Shown here: piece after piece, positions 35,935 to 46,206 of the stretch
Numbering within the stretch: the first letter of the stretch is position 1
Layout of the letters: each line of letters opens with the position of its first letter
IMG/VR virus record: IMGVR_UViG_3300033417_000007
Origin: an uncultured virus (IMG/VR IMGVR_UViG_3300033417_000007)
Lineage: Duplodnaviria; Heunggongvirae; Uroviricota; Caudoviricetes
Length of the DNA: 64,000 nt
Strand: one strand, 5' to 3'
Notes under the pieces: generated by a model
Told to the model about the DNA's origin: nothing
The model's input: the letters and a program-made list of their open reading frames with translations, nothing else
The model's database searches: none
Program-made: the position numbers and the translations under genes

Positions 35935-37979
35935 AGTCGTTCCTCCGCAACTGCGTGAAGAAGGTCGTCTCCTACCTGACAGAGGATCGCCCCTGCTACC
36001 GCTGTGCCGCGGTCGCGAAGGCGTCCTACGCGGGATACGACTACTGCCGGATCTGCAGGGACGTCGTCCTCACCATGCAGAGCGCGGTCCACCATGATCC
36101 GCCGTTCGGGTTTCCGGGGTCGAAGGGATACGTCGAATTTCCGAAGAAGGAGGAATCCAAGTGAAGGAGGAATCCAAGTGACGGAGAATCTCGCGCCTTT
36201 CGGGATCGTCCGCCACCGCCCCGGCGCCGGCCAGGTTGTCCGCAGCGACACCATCGATCGGTACTGGCGGTCCAGGAAGGACGGCTCCAACGTGATGGTG
36301 GTCAAGTTCCTGAATGTCGCCAACGAAGGCAAGAAGCGGATCGTCTTCGTCGGTGAACTCGCCCCCACCCGCGAGGTCTCCTGCGACTACGCGGACTTCA
36401 TGCGGGACTTCGAGACGCGCGGAAACGTAAGCTCGAAATTCTAGCGCCGCCATGACGAAGACCGACCCGCGGGCGACGGAGGCGACGCTCCGGAGCTTGC
36501 TCCAGCTGTCCTCGAGGGACGCCTGCGAGATCGCCTCCGCGATCGCGGCCTCGAGGGAGGGGAGGGACTTCGGGGGGGTTCTGGATCTCGCCGCCGACCT
36601 GATGGACGCCGAAGGCGTCGAAAGCGACGGCGAGGTTTCGTGCGTGATGGCCCCGACGGGCACAAGGACGCTCTACTGTGTTCTGGGGACGGGGGAGTTC
36701 TTCATTGGAGGCGTCCGGTAGGACGCGCAATCATGCCGGTTCCGACGAACGAAGACCGCGCCGAGAGGGGGCGGGCCATCCTCGAGGAGTACGGGAAGCT
36801 CGCTGGAGAGCCCGACGAGGACACCCCCACGCTTCTCGCGGATCTCCTGGCGGACCTGCGGCACCTGGCCCGGGAAGAGGGGGTAGACTTCGGGAAATCC
36901 TCCGACATGTCCAAGATTCATTTCAACGAAGAGGTGGAGGAGGAAGGCGGAGACGAGGACCACGAGGACGACGACGAGGGAGTGGACTGAAGGGCATTTC
37001 CGGGCGTCGGCCGCATTAAACTTTCTCCCAGACCGCGGCCGACGCCCATCCTTATACGAGGGAGCGATGAGAGACGAGCGCGGGAACGGCGAGGCTGAAG
37101 TCAGGATGCCCTGGAGCCAGAAGGTCGATCGGGTGATGACGCAGGTCCGCGCGCGGGCCTTCCGGTTGATGGTCGCCGGCTATGTCGTCTACGGCGGCGG
37201 CACCGCCGCGATCATCCTCGCGATGGGCGACAAGCCGCTCACCGGCTACCTGATCATGTTCCTCTTCCAGCTGATCGTCCTTTACTTCGGCACCCGCGAG
37301 ATGTACACCAACTTCGCCTGTGCGCTCAGGATCACGCTTGAGGCCAACGAAGAGATGATGCCGACCTTCCAGAAGATCGCGGACCTGGTCGAAAGCGCGA
37401 AGGAGGGAAACCACCCGGCTGTGAGCCGGATGGAGTCTCACCTGGAGAGCGCCGCGGAAAGCATGGCGGCGATCCGCGTCGCGATCGAGCGGCAGATGAA
37501 GCCGCTCCCCGTCAACAGGCGTCCGCCTGAGGCGGTGGACGACGTAACCAGGGTGATCGGGTAGGTCATGGAGAGGGTCGAAGGCCGCGCTCTACTTCGT
37601 GATCCAGAGGGCGGAAAGGAAATTTCCCTGGATCTCTGGCGTCGTCGTTCGGGAGTGCCGAGCGGCATCCACGGAGCACAGGAAAAGCTGGCGGCAGTTC
37701 GCTCACGCCGGCCACGTCAAGGGGGCCGTCTGCGTCGCCCGGGAAGCCGAAGACGCCCTCACCGATCTCGAGCTCGTCGGCATGTGCGCGCACGAGCTTG
37801 GGCACGTCGTCGGGGACCGCTTGCGGTTTCCAGCGCACAGCCGGCCGTGGAGGGGGGAGAAGACCCCCAAGCGCGTGCAGGACGAGGCTGACAAGATCTC
37901 GGAACTCTACTTCGGGATCCCGATCCGGTACAACCGTCGTCGCATCCAGGTGCCCGCGACCCTAGCGGCGCTCAAGTAG
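35931..37979 (+). other. Run of small rightward ORFs: 35931-36164 (CxxC pair), 36178-36444, 36452-36721, 36732-36990 (acidic), 37067-37564 (2 TM), 37599-37979 (HELGH)
   Basis: Tight packing, SD motifs, protein-like composition. Confidence 0.65.
36146..36179 (+). repeat. Perfect 17-bp tandem duplication at a gene junction
   Basis: GAAGGAGGAATCCAAGT x2. Confidence 0.95.
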
Positions 37980-38918
37980 GGTCGGGAACGCGACGAGGGG
38001 TAGGAGCATCTCGACGAGGATGTCCTTTGCGATCTGCCGGTCGTTCAGGGCGTTTGCGGGACGTTTCACGTCGAGGCCGAGCGCGGGATTCCAGAACCTT
38101 CCAATTCCGTTCATGCGATCGTACTCTTCGGATTCCGTGAGCGGTTGTGGGTGGTCGAGAGGTTGGGGGGCGTGGCGCTCGGGCCGGACGTGGCCGAGGT
38201 CTTCGTAGGAGACCCGTTGATCGTCCGGATAGTCCTGAGCGTCTCCAGATCCGGTATCCCTGCGATAGCACCGGCCGAAGAGGTAGCCTTCCTGGTTGGC
38301 GGCGAAGATCTCGATCCACTGCTGCGCGTCGTACCCTTCCAGGTCGAGGTCGATCACACCCCTCTCCGTCTTTTCTCGTAGCAGTCGAAGTGGATCGGCT
38401 TGACGTGAGACCCTTCCTGGATCAGCCAGCCTTCCTGGTACTTGACGAGCAGTCCGCAGCGCGCGCAGCGGCCTGGGTAGAGGTTCTTTTTCATAGTGGC
38501 CGGATCTCGTCCCAGGACGCCTTCACCTCGTCGTCTGGATCTCCGAGGGCCGCGGTTGGCCAGCACGGAAGGCAGATCGTGTCGGTGACGACCCGGTCGA
38601 AGCCTTCTTCGCAGGGTTTCGTGCCGAGGATCTTCTTGCAGTACATGCAGCGGACGACCTGGTGCTCTTTTAGGTCGGGGACGTAGATCTTCACCCGGCC
38701 GCTCCCGCGGCAGCCTTTGCAGGACGTTCGGCCTCCGTGGAGCACGTCGGCCTCGTACCCGCTTCCGCGGCACCATTCGCAGTGGGTTTCGATGGGGTGC
38801 ATGACGATTCTCCTGGTGGTATCCATCTCGAGGGGCCCTCAGGGAGCCGCTTGAGATGGGGCCCCTTTCGGGGCCCCTGGTAGAGAGGGTTTACGTCTTC
38901 TACGACATAGCGCCCCTC

Positions 38919-39197
38919 CTAACGGATCTTCTTCTTCCTGGCCTTCTCGGTCGGCTCGTAGACGATGAGCGGCCGACCGCCTCCTTTGGGGTACTGCTGG
39001 CCGGCGGGCCGCAGATACCCCCACTGCCGCAGGCGCCGAAGGAGCTGTCCTGCCGAGGACTGGTTGCGCCCGGCCTCCTCCTCGTCGCGCGACTTCCCGT
39101 AAAGCTTCGTCGAGAGCGACTCCGACGTTACCTTTGGAGGGTTTACCTCGAGGATGATCTCCAGGGCATCACGCCAGATCTTGGGTCTTTTCGGCAT
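38919..39197 (-). CDS. Winged-helix DNA-binding protein
   Basis: GQLLRRLRQWGYL...GGRPLIVYEPTEKA. Confidence 0.65.
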   Translation of the reverse strand: MPKRPKIWRDALEIILEVNPPKVTSESLSTKLYGKSRDEEEAGRNQSSAGQLLRRLRQWGYLRPAGQQYPKGGGRPLIVYEPTEKARKKKIR

Positions 39198-39964
39198 CGC
39201 CTCTTTCCTTTCGTATTTTGTCAGTTAGGTCTAGACCTTTTCTCGGCGTAGAAAAGCTCGACTGTGTCCTTCGCCAGGTTGAGGGAGTCCAGCGCCCGTG
39301 CCTCATCACCCTCGCGCTCATGCTCCAGGGCCCACCCGGTATGGATCAATACTTGACCGAGCCGCTTGAGCCCGCCCGGCCGGATTGACCGGACGCCCGC
39401 GTTGTTGGCGATGATGTCCGATACGAACTCAGCCATCTCGACGGCGTCGTCTATCTCCTGAAGACTCTGGCCGCCGATGGGCCATCTACTTTGTGCGCTC
39501 AAGTGTGCCTCCTCGAATGGTACTACTGTGTAACTTCGCATTCCGCCTTGTGCGCCTTCATGTCTAGGCGACAGTACAACTCACGGCACGCACCGCAGCG
39601 GACCTTGTCACGGAGGCAGACGCCGCATCGGCCTTCCTTCCAGACCTTGCGCCTAGTCCACGCTCTCAGGTCGCGGATTTGCCGCCTGTACCGTTTCTCT
39701 CCCATGGCTAAGCCTGCTCGTCCAGGTCCGGGTCCATCGCCGTGTACGGTTTCGGCGCAAGCGTAAGCACGTTGTCGATTAGGCATCGGCGACATCCAGG
39801 GTCGAAGCGGATCTCGTACTCCTCGCCAACCTTCTTGACGGCGTGGGCGATGGTGTCGTGCGCGATGTAGGGGGCCGTTTGCGCTAGAACAGTCTTGTAC
39901 AGATCTCGGGCCTCGATGATCGAGCAGGCGCAATGGTACGATCCAGGACATTCTTCGTGGTGCT

Positions 39965-40354
39965 TCACGAATAATTCTCGCAGGCGGCCAGCGCTGCAAT
40001 GCAGATGGCGACCTCAACCTCATCCGCTCTGCCGCAGGCTAAGACCATGCCATCACCACGATCATCTTGCCAGCCGACGTACCACTTGCATTCCGCTTGG
40101 CACCCAAGGTAGGTGATGCTGAATACGGCGTCGTCGTGGTAGTGCATCTTCACCCGCTCTACCACTTCCCATGCGGCCTTGATGTCCGTGGACGGGGACC
40201 AGCTACCGAAACGTCCGTCACCATTCTTAAGCGTCCAGGCACCAGATTCGGAGCCTTCGGTACGCTTCCAGCCCATGACCTTCTCCGCTACAGCGGCGTC
40301 AAGCTCAGGCCCGGGATCGGATGGGCCGTCCCACTCATCAGGGGGCCTATCCAT
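39965..40354 (-). CDS. Phage ABA-sandwich domain protein
   Basis: ELDAAVAEKVMGW...SPSTDIKAAWEVVE...AICIAAL. Confidence 0.75.
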   Translation of the reverse strand: MDRPPDEWDGPSDPGPELDAAVAEKVMGWKRTEGSESGAWTLKNGDGRFGSWSPSTDIKAAWEVVERVKMHYHDDAVFSITYLGCQAECKWYVGWQDDRGDGMVLACGRADEVEVAICIAALAACENYS

Positions 40355-41420
40355 TGGCGGGCCTCCGCTTCATGTTCCAGTTTCCGCCGAATCGCGGCTT
40401 ACCCAGGAGTTTCTCCGCGAGCTGCTGATACCACTCGTCGTAGAAAGCCTCGGAGGGCGACGCGCAACGGGCATCGACCGATAGACGGCCAAGTACCCGG
40501 AACCAGATCCGTAGTTCAGCCTTCTTCACGGCTACCTCGTGTACGCCAGCGTCCGGACGACGTGAACCGCGTTCGTCTCGTTCAGCCTGTCCGCGTGCTT
40601 GCGGGCAAGCTTCTCTGAGGTGAAGTCCTTGACCGACTCGGCCCGGACGTAGCGGTTATCCGCCCTCCAGACGAAAACGCCGTGCTTTGGCTCGGCCTTG
40701 GTGGTCGTATCCATATCCATTCTCCTTAGAGGGAGCCTCCGGAACTCGGCCTGCTGAGCCTCGCGCTCGGCCCGGCGGATCTGGACATCCTTGAGCTTCT
40801 GGGCAGGGGTCGCCACCACGACGGAGCGGCCATCCTCGCGCTCGGCATTCTGGAACTCGCCACCGTGAAGCATGAAAGGCTCGGAAGTGATCGTCACCTT
40901 ATCGCCCTTGAACCACACAACTGTCCCGATCTCGTACACAGAATCTCCCTTTCACGCAACGCGGTAGACCACGCGGCACCACCTCTTCGGCCCGCCTGGA
41001 CGGTGGCCGTACATCACGGCAATCCGCCGCCGCCCGATGCAGCGGGGGCGAGCCCACAGGTAATCGCCCCCGCATCGCGGGCATCTCACGCCTTCACCGT
41101 CTTGGGCGTCCAAGTGTACTTCTCGCAGGCGCAGGACGTCCCGCGCCGGACGTTGGCAACGCAGGCCCCGTGCCCGATGGCGAAGATCTCGCCTCCGAAG
41201 CTGATGTTGTCGTGGGCGGCGCGGACGTGACCGCAGGAGCACACCTCCGTCTTGGCCCGCTCCCGCTGACCCGCAAGCATCTGCTCCATCGTCATAGCCT
41301 TTTTCATTTGCGCCTCCTCTTTCTGCTCTTTAGTCCTTCGCTTCTTTGGGGGCTCCACAAGGAGCCCCCGAAGAAGCCCCCGGGCCGCAGTGCGCGGCGC
41401 CGGGGGCGAGGAGATAGGGG

Positions 41421-42164
41421 TTAGTTCATCAACTCCACCCCGCAGGCCTGATCCATCAGGCCGTGGAGCGCCTGGGTCGCGCGCGGGAGCTCGAAGAGCG
41501 CCGAGCCCTTGAGCCCCTCGGTGAACGCGTTGAAGAGCCGCCAGCCGTCCTTCGCGACGGCGAACTCCGGGTGCCTGGGCGCGCGCCACTCCTTCAGGAT
41601 TCCCGGGATCCTCGTGATGGGGGCGACCCGTGCGTCGACCGCCTGGATGAGGAGGTCGTGGGCCTGGGCGTCGCTCATCTCCGTCGCCTTGTAGGCGCTG
41701 ATCCTGGCGTCCTGGTGGCGACGCACGTCGGTGATCCTGCCCACGGCGCTCTAGATCAGCTGCGGCAGATCGCGCTCGATGTGGGTCGTGTGCTTGCGGC
41801 CGATTTTGATCTCGCCCGAGAAGCTCAGGTTGTCGCAAACGAGGACACCGGCGCCGACCACGAGGCCGGCCGGGAAGGTCTGGTCATGCGAGTTGCGCAG
41901 GCCCATGACGAGCGAGTAGTCCTCCGTGTTCTGCTGGCCGCTCCGGAGCTCGAACATCCCGAAGTAACGAGCCCCCTCGCGGCCGAGGGCGTGGACCTCC
42001 GAGACGACCTCGAGGCCGCTGCGGCCGAGCGCCGCGACGACGCCGTCTACGTACTTCCCGTGCCCGATGGGCTGGTACGTCCGGGTCGCCTGCGGGAGCC
42101 GCGCGCGGTCGATCTCGCTGCGATCGACCTTGAGCGCGCCGGCGGCGGTCATGAGATTCAACAT
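41421..42164 (-). pseudogene. DUF932-like protein interrupted by an in-frame TAG at 41751-41753
   Basis: TYQPIGH, GLRNSHD, VLVCDNL, GRKHT before the stop and WRLFNAFTE after it, in the same frame. Confidence 0.8.
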
Positions 42165-42243
42165 TTCCGTATCTCCTTCTGGGGCCTACTATAGGCCTCC
42201 GGGAGCCCCGCCTCCCACGTGGGGGAGGGAGGATCCTGGGGGT

Positions 42244-42441
42244 CTAGCGTTCGCTGGCGTCCAGTTCAGCCTCGTCGCGGCGGGCCTCGAGCGCGTCCGC
42301 GGCATCCACGGCCTCCCCCCTTGTGGGGTACGCGCGACCCTCCAGGGCACCATCCACCTCCACCACCCAGAGGCGCCCGGCTCTGACCACCCTCACGATC
42401 TCGTCCATGGCCACCCTCCTGATCTCCTCGTCGAGCCCCAT
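42244..42441 (-). CDS. Small hypothetical protein, first gene of the accessory operon
   Basis: Follows a promoter-like sequence. Confidence 0.5.
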   Translation of the reverse strand: MGLDEEIRRVAMDEIVRVVRAGRLWVVEVDGALEGRAYPTRGEAVDAADALEARRDEAELDASER

Positions 42442-42454
42442 GCTCGACACCAGT

Positions 42455-42483
42455 ACTGTACCCCGCTGGCCGCTGGATGTCCA
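42455..42483 (-). promoter_or_regulatory. Sigma70-like promoter
   Basis: T-tract, then TGGACA-N17-TACAGT. Confidence 0.55.
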
Positions 42484-42729
42484 GCAAAAAAATCGACTAG
42501 GTATCAAAAACTCTAACTACCTCAACGCCAGGGGTTTGGCACAGAATTATCATTTCATGCACTCGAGAGTAGGGGGGTCCATCGTTTTTCGGGTCTCCTG
42601 GAGGCCTAGGTCGCCCCAGGGGCCCCTCTACTCTATAGGGGAGGGCCCAGGAGCCTCCGGGGGTCTCCCGGACCCTAGAAGGGCCTCCTGAGGGGGTATT
42701 CTGCGCTGGGCCCCTGGAGGGGGAGGGGG

Positions 42730-43356
42730 TTAGCGGGGCCGGCGGGCCCTGGGGATCTCGAGCCAGAGCTCGTCCAGGTGCGCCCGCCAGGCTCCCTCTA
42801 GGGCGCCCACGTCGGGGATCCGGCTGGGGTCCTCGAGCAGCTCGGCCACGACCGAGGGCCTTCTCGTGTAGAGGTAGTGGCAGACCGCCCAGGCCTGCGC
42901 ATAGAGGCGGCCGAACTCGCTCCCGTACATCACCGCGCGCGGGAGCGCGACGAACTCCCCGATCGGCAGCGGGCCTCCGGAGATCTCGAGCGTCTGGAGC
43001 GTCTCCTCGAGGATCGCGCCGGGCTCGCACCGGCGCCGCTTGGGGTCCCACCGGAAGCGGCCGAAGTACTCAGCCGACCCCTCCGCGAACCAAAGCGGCG
43101 ACGTCGAGCCGTAGACCAGGTCCATGTAGGCGTGCGTCACCTCGTGGGCGAGCACCTGCTGGTACCTGGCGGCGGTGACGAGGCCCGACTGGGTGAGGTA
43201 TCCCGGCGACCGGAACCACGTCATGATCTCGCCGGTCGCCGGCGAGTAGAGGCTCTCGGCGTTCGCGGCGCCGAGGGTGGCCGCCTCCTTCCGGAAGTCG
43301 TCCGGGTTCCCGAAGGCGTCGATCGTGATGTGGCGTCTCGGGCGCGACCCTTGCAA
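42730..43356 (-). CDS. Gluzincin-like metallopeptidase (DUF1570/peptidase MA-like)
   Basis: LAHEVTHAY...PLWFAEGSAEYF...YAQAWAVCHYL. Confidence 0.8.
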   Translation of the reverse strand: MQGSRPRRHITIDAFGNPDDFRKEAATLGAANAESLYSPATGEIMTWFRSPGYLTQSGLVTAARYQQVLAHEVTHAYMDLVYGSTSPLWFAEGSAEYFGRFRWDPKRRRCEPGAILEETLQTLEISGGPLPIGEFVALPRAVMYGSEFGRLYAQAWAVCHYLYTRRPSVVAELLEDPSRIPDVGALEGAWRAHLDELWLEIPRARRPR

Positions 43357-43375
43357 TCCTACCGTTGATAGATTC

Positions 43376-43630
43376 CTAGGGGAGAAGCCGCACGTCCCTC
43401 AGTGCGACCTTCCGAATCCACGATCCAGACGCCCCATAAGGAACGCCGACAGTCCGAAGCGAAAGAGCTCCACGATGAACGCTCTCAATGCTCATCACGA
43501 GTCCAGCCTCAAACTTTTCGCCGCCGATAGTTTCGATATTCCGAACAAGCGAGACCTTTCTGCCCATAGCCTCCCTGAGCTTCTTCGGCCAGTTCGGGTA
43601 CTTCTTCCGGAAGAGACTGTAGCAGCTCAC
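43376..43630 (-). CDS. Small basic hypothetical protein
   Basis: Its TAG stop abuts the first repeat copy. Confidence 0.55.
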   Translation of the reverse strand: MSCYSLFRKKYPNWPKKLREAMGRKVSLVRNIETIGGEKFEAGLVMSIESVHRGALSLRTVGVPYGASGSWIRKVALRDVRLLP

Positions 43631-43643
43631 CCTGATAGTCCCT

Positions 43644-44417
43644 CTAGAGGCGAACCAGCCGCCTCGACGGATTCGCCTGGACCGCCCGCTTCTGGTCGCG
43701 CTCCGCGTAGGCGATCACGTCCTCAAGCGTCTGGAACGCGGCGACCTCGCTCCCCTCCGTCTCCACCCGGATGTCTCCCGGCCTGGGTTCCACGAGCGGG
43801 ATCACGTTGTACTCGGAGCACAGCGGAAAGATCATCTGGTATTCCTCGTCCCCGACGTGCCACGCACGGACGGCACCGTCGGTCTGGAAGAGGACGGCGT
43901 TGTGCCCGTACTTTTCGAGGCCCATGCGGAGCACGTTTCGCTCCGTCACGGGGAACGCGAAGCCGAAGACGATCTCGGCCGGCCCGATGCCTTCGGAGAT
44001 GTTCCTCGAGCAGTCGACGACGTCCTTCTTGTTCTTATGGGTCGAGAGCGCGAGGCCGTCCAGCGTGGTTCCGCGATCGAACACGTCGAAAGAGTTTGCT
44101 CTCGTGAAGTGGATCCCCCAGGACCCTTCCGGCATCTTCGAGACCTCGTTGAAGTAGAGGTAGGCCGGCGCGTAGATGTCCCCCGAGCTAACCCAGTCGA
44201 TTCCCCTCTGGGTGTCCTTTAGCCACTTCTCGAACTTCCTCAACTGTGCGGGCTTGAGGTCCGACGGGACGGTCTCGCTGTCGATGCCTCGGATGCCCTC
44301 GTCCTCGGCCTAGTCCATGAGGTAATGGCTGAAGTCGTAGGGGTCGACCTCCGTCTTCAGGTAGCCGTAGAACCAGTCCTGAATGAACTGGACTAGCTCG
44401 AGGGGCGGCTTCTTCAT
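43644..44417 (-). pseudogene. Hypothetical protein interrupted by an in-frame TAG at codon 36 (44310-44312)
   Basis: MKKPPLELVQF...HYLMD*AEDEGIR...LRKFEKW reads in frame into track ORF 43644-44243. Confidence 0.7.
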
Positions 44418-44449
44418 TGCAATCCTACGTTGGGAAGATTCCTATATGG

Positions 44450-46196
44450 CTAAGATTCCGAGGGGGCCCCGTGTTCAGGGCAGGGCATAAAATTCCGGCA
44501 ATACATTTCGCCGTGCTCTACCTTTTGTATGTACCGACAAAGCGAAACGATAGCCTTTTCTGGAAGCTGGATGCTTACGCCTTTCCCAAGGCGGACCATC
44601 CCACCGCTTGCCGGCACAGAGGCGATGGCGTCCGTGAGCCCTTTGCAGGTGGCCGGGTACTTGACGCCCATCGCTTCGATGTAGCTGGTCGACTTCTTCT
44701 TCATAATCCTACCGTTGGAAGATTCCCTATAGGGGGACGTATAGCACGTCAACCGTCTTTCGGTTCAGATCTCGCATCGCTGCAATTCTGTGAAACCCGT
44801 CGATGACCATCCCGTTCGACCCAACGATAACGGGCCACGGATCGCCGCCGTCCCTCAGGAGTTTCTTGATGAAGTTGTACCTCTGGCGATGCTCTCGACG
44901 CTCTTAGGGATCTTCCACATCGGCGATCTCCTTAGCAGAGATCTCGCTGAAGGCGATGAGCGGGACGTCTTTTATCAGGAACCACCCGTGATTGTCCGGT
45001 TCCTGGATCGGATCCCAGGGTTCTGAGTTCTCGATGATTTCGGAGTAATCTTGCCAGCGGACCTCCGTCATTGGAAGCTTCGACAGAAGCTCCCCCCGCC
45101 GGCGCATCGCTTTTTCGACCTCTATGCTCATAATCTTACGTTGGGAAGATTCCTAGTACCACTCAGGCCAGACAAGACGCTTCAGCTTGACGAGATCCGC
45201 CTCAATCACCCAGATCACCTTCGCGCGCTTCTGCCCCTAGAGTCCTCTTCGGACTCGTCTACCGCCCCTTCCGCCTTGTCGAGCCGATCCATGAGCTCTC
45301 TGCGCCGCTCGTTTAACTCCGGAGTGAGCTCACCGGCCTCCGTGTGATCCGCCTCCAAGTCGATGAACTCCTTCGCAAGCTCATAATCGTCGGCGTTGAG
45401 CGCACGGAGAGCCAGGGAGACGTTGTGGTCGTTCGCGTCTTCGAGGACGTTGGCGCAGAAGTCGGTGATGGCGCCGATGTCCCACTTGAGCTGGGCGGCG
45501 ACGTCCTTGGGTTCGATCTTTTTCGCCATACTCTCCCCACAATCCTAGTCCAACAGGATTCCAACCCCAATATACTCCCTGAGCCGCCACAAATCCACCT
45601 AGAAGGCCCTCTCCACGTCCTGGATCTCAAAGCGAAGCTCCCCATCCGTCGCCTCGAGAGTCACGTAGGTCCCGATCGGAGGCGGAGTGCGCAGAAGAAG
45701 CGAGGTCGACCCGCCCCCCACGTAATCGACCGAGGAGGCCGTCACCCAGAAGTGCTCGCCTCTAGGCTCCACTGCGGAGACGCAGTAGAGGGGTTGGAGG
45801 GGGTTCACAGCTTCCGCCCCACTACAGGTTCTTCTCGAGGAACGCCAGGAGCTCCTTCTTCGACCCGAAGACCAGTTGGTGGGTCTCGGGGTACTTCATG
45901 GAGACCGCCGCGGCCTGCGGGAAGAGCGCGCGGAAGCCGCGCCGGATCTTCTCCTTGTTCTCGGACCCCTTCCACCCGTCGTCTCCATTCTCGTGAAGGG
46001 CGTTGATCACGCACTTCATCGCGTCGATCAGGTCGTCGACCCCGTCGGAGACGGGAGCGACGGGCGCTTCCTCGGGCGCCGGCTCCGGGATCTTCGTGAT
46101 CGCCAGCACGTAGCCGTTCTTGACCCGCGTCAGGTTGACCGCGAGGTCCGCGCTGAACGCCGGAGACCCGCCGGCCACGTAACCGAATTCCTGCAT
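44450..46196 (-). other. Small leftward ORFs 44450-44704, 44904-45131, 45215-45529, 45599-45808, 45822-46196
   Basis: The first three start immediately after a repeat copy. Confidence 0.6.
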
Positions 46197-46206
46197 CGCC
46201 TACCTC

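Larger units (their letters stand above)
37962..41300 (-). other. Cluster of small leftward accessory ORFs, several Cys-rich
   Basis: Includes 37962-38357, 38491-38802, 39221-39541, 39708-39968, 40347-40529 and 40532-40939; overlapping start/stop codons. Confidence 0.6.
43355..45560. repeat. Five dispersed 20-bp quasi-palindromes AATCYT-N8-ARGATT
   Basis: Copies at 43355-43374, 44421-44440, 44705-44724, 45132-45151 and 45541-45560; all at gene boundaries and all followed by CC. Confidence 0.9.

Noticed and set aside
37002..37047. 13-bp perfect inverted repeat as terminator or mobile-element end
   Set aside because: 20-nt loop, no T-run, single copy and no transposase; function unsupported.
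34124..44417. Genome-wide stop-codon reassignment (TAG or TGA) to explain the in-frame stops
   Set aside because: TAG ends many tightly packed genes (12881, 15075, 15300, 17514, 18600, 19392) and TGA ends genes in ATGA overlaps. The interruptions use both codons, and no suppressor tRNA was seen.
43355..45560. CRISPR array or classical integron attC array
   Set aside because: Spacing is 0.3-1.1 kb with whole genes between copies. The sites are only 20 bp and lack the RYYYAAC...GTTRRRY attC layout. Kept as an unclassified repeat.
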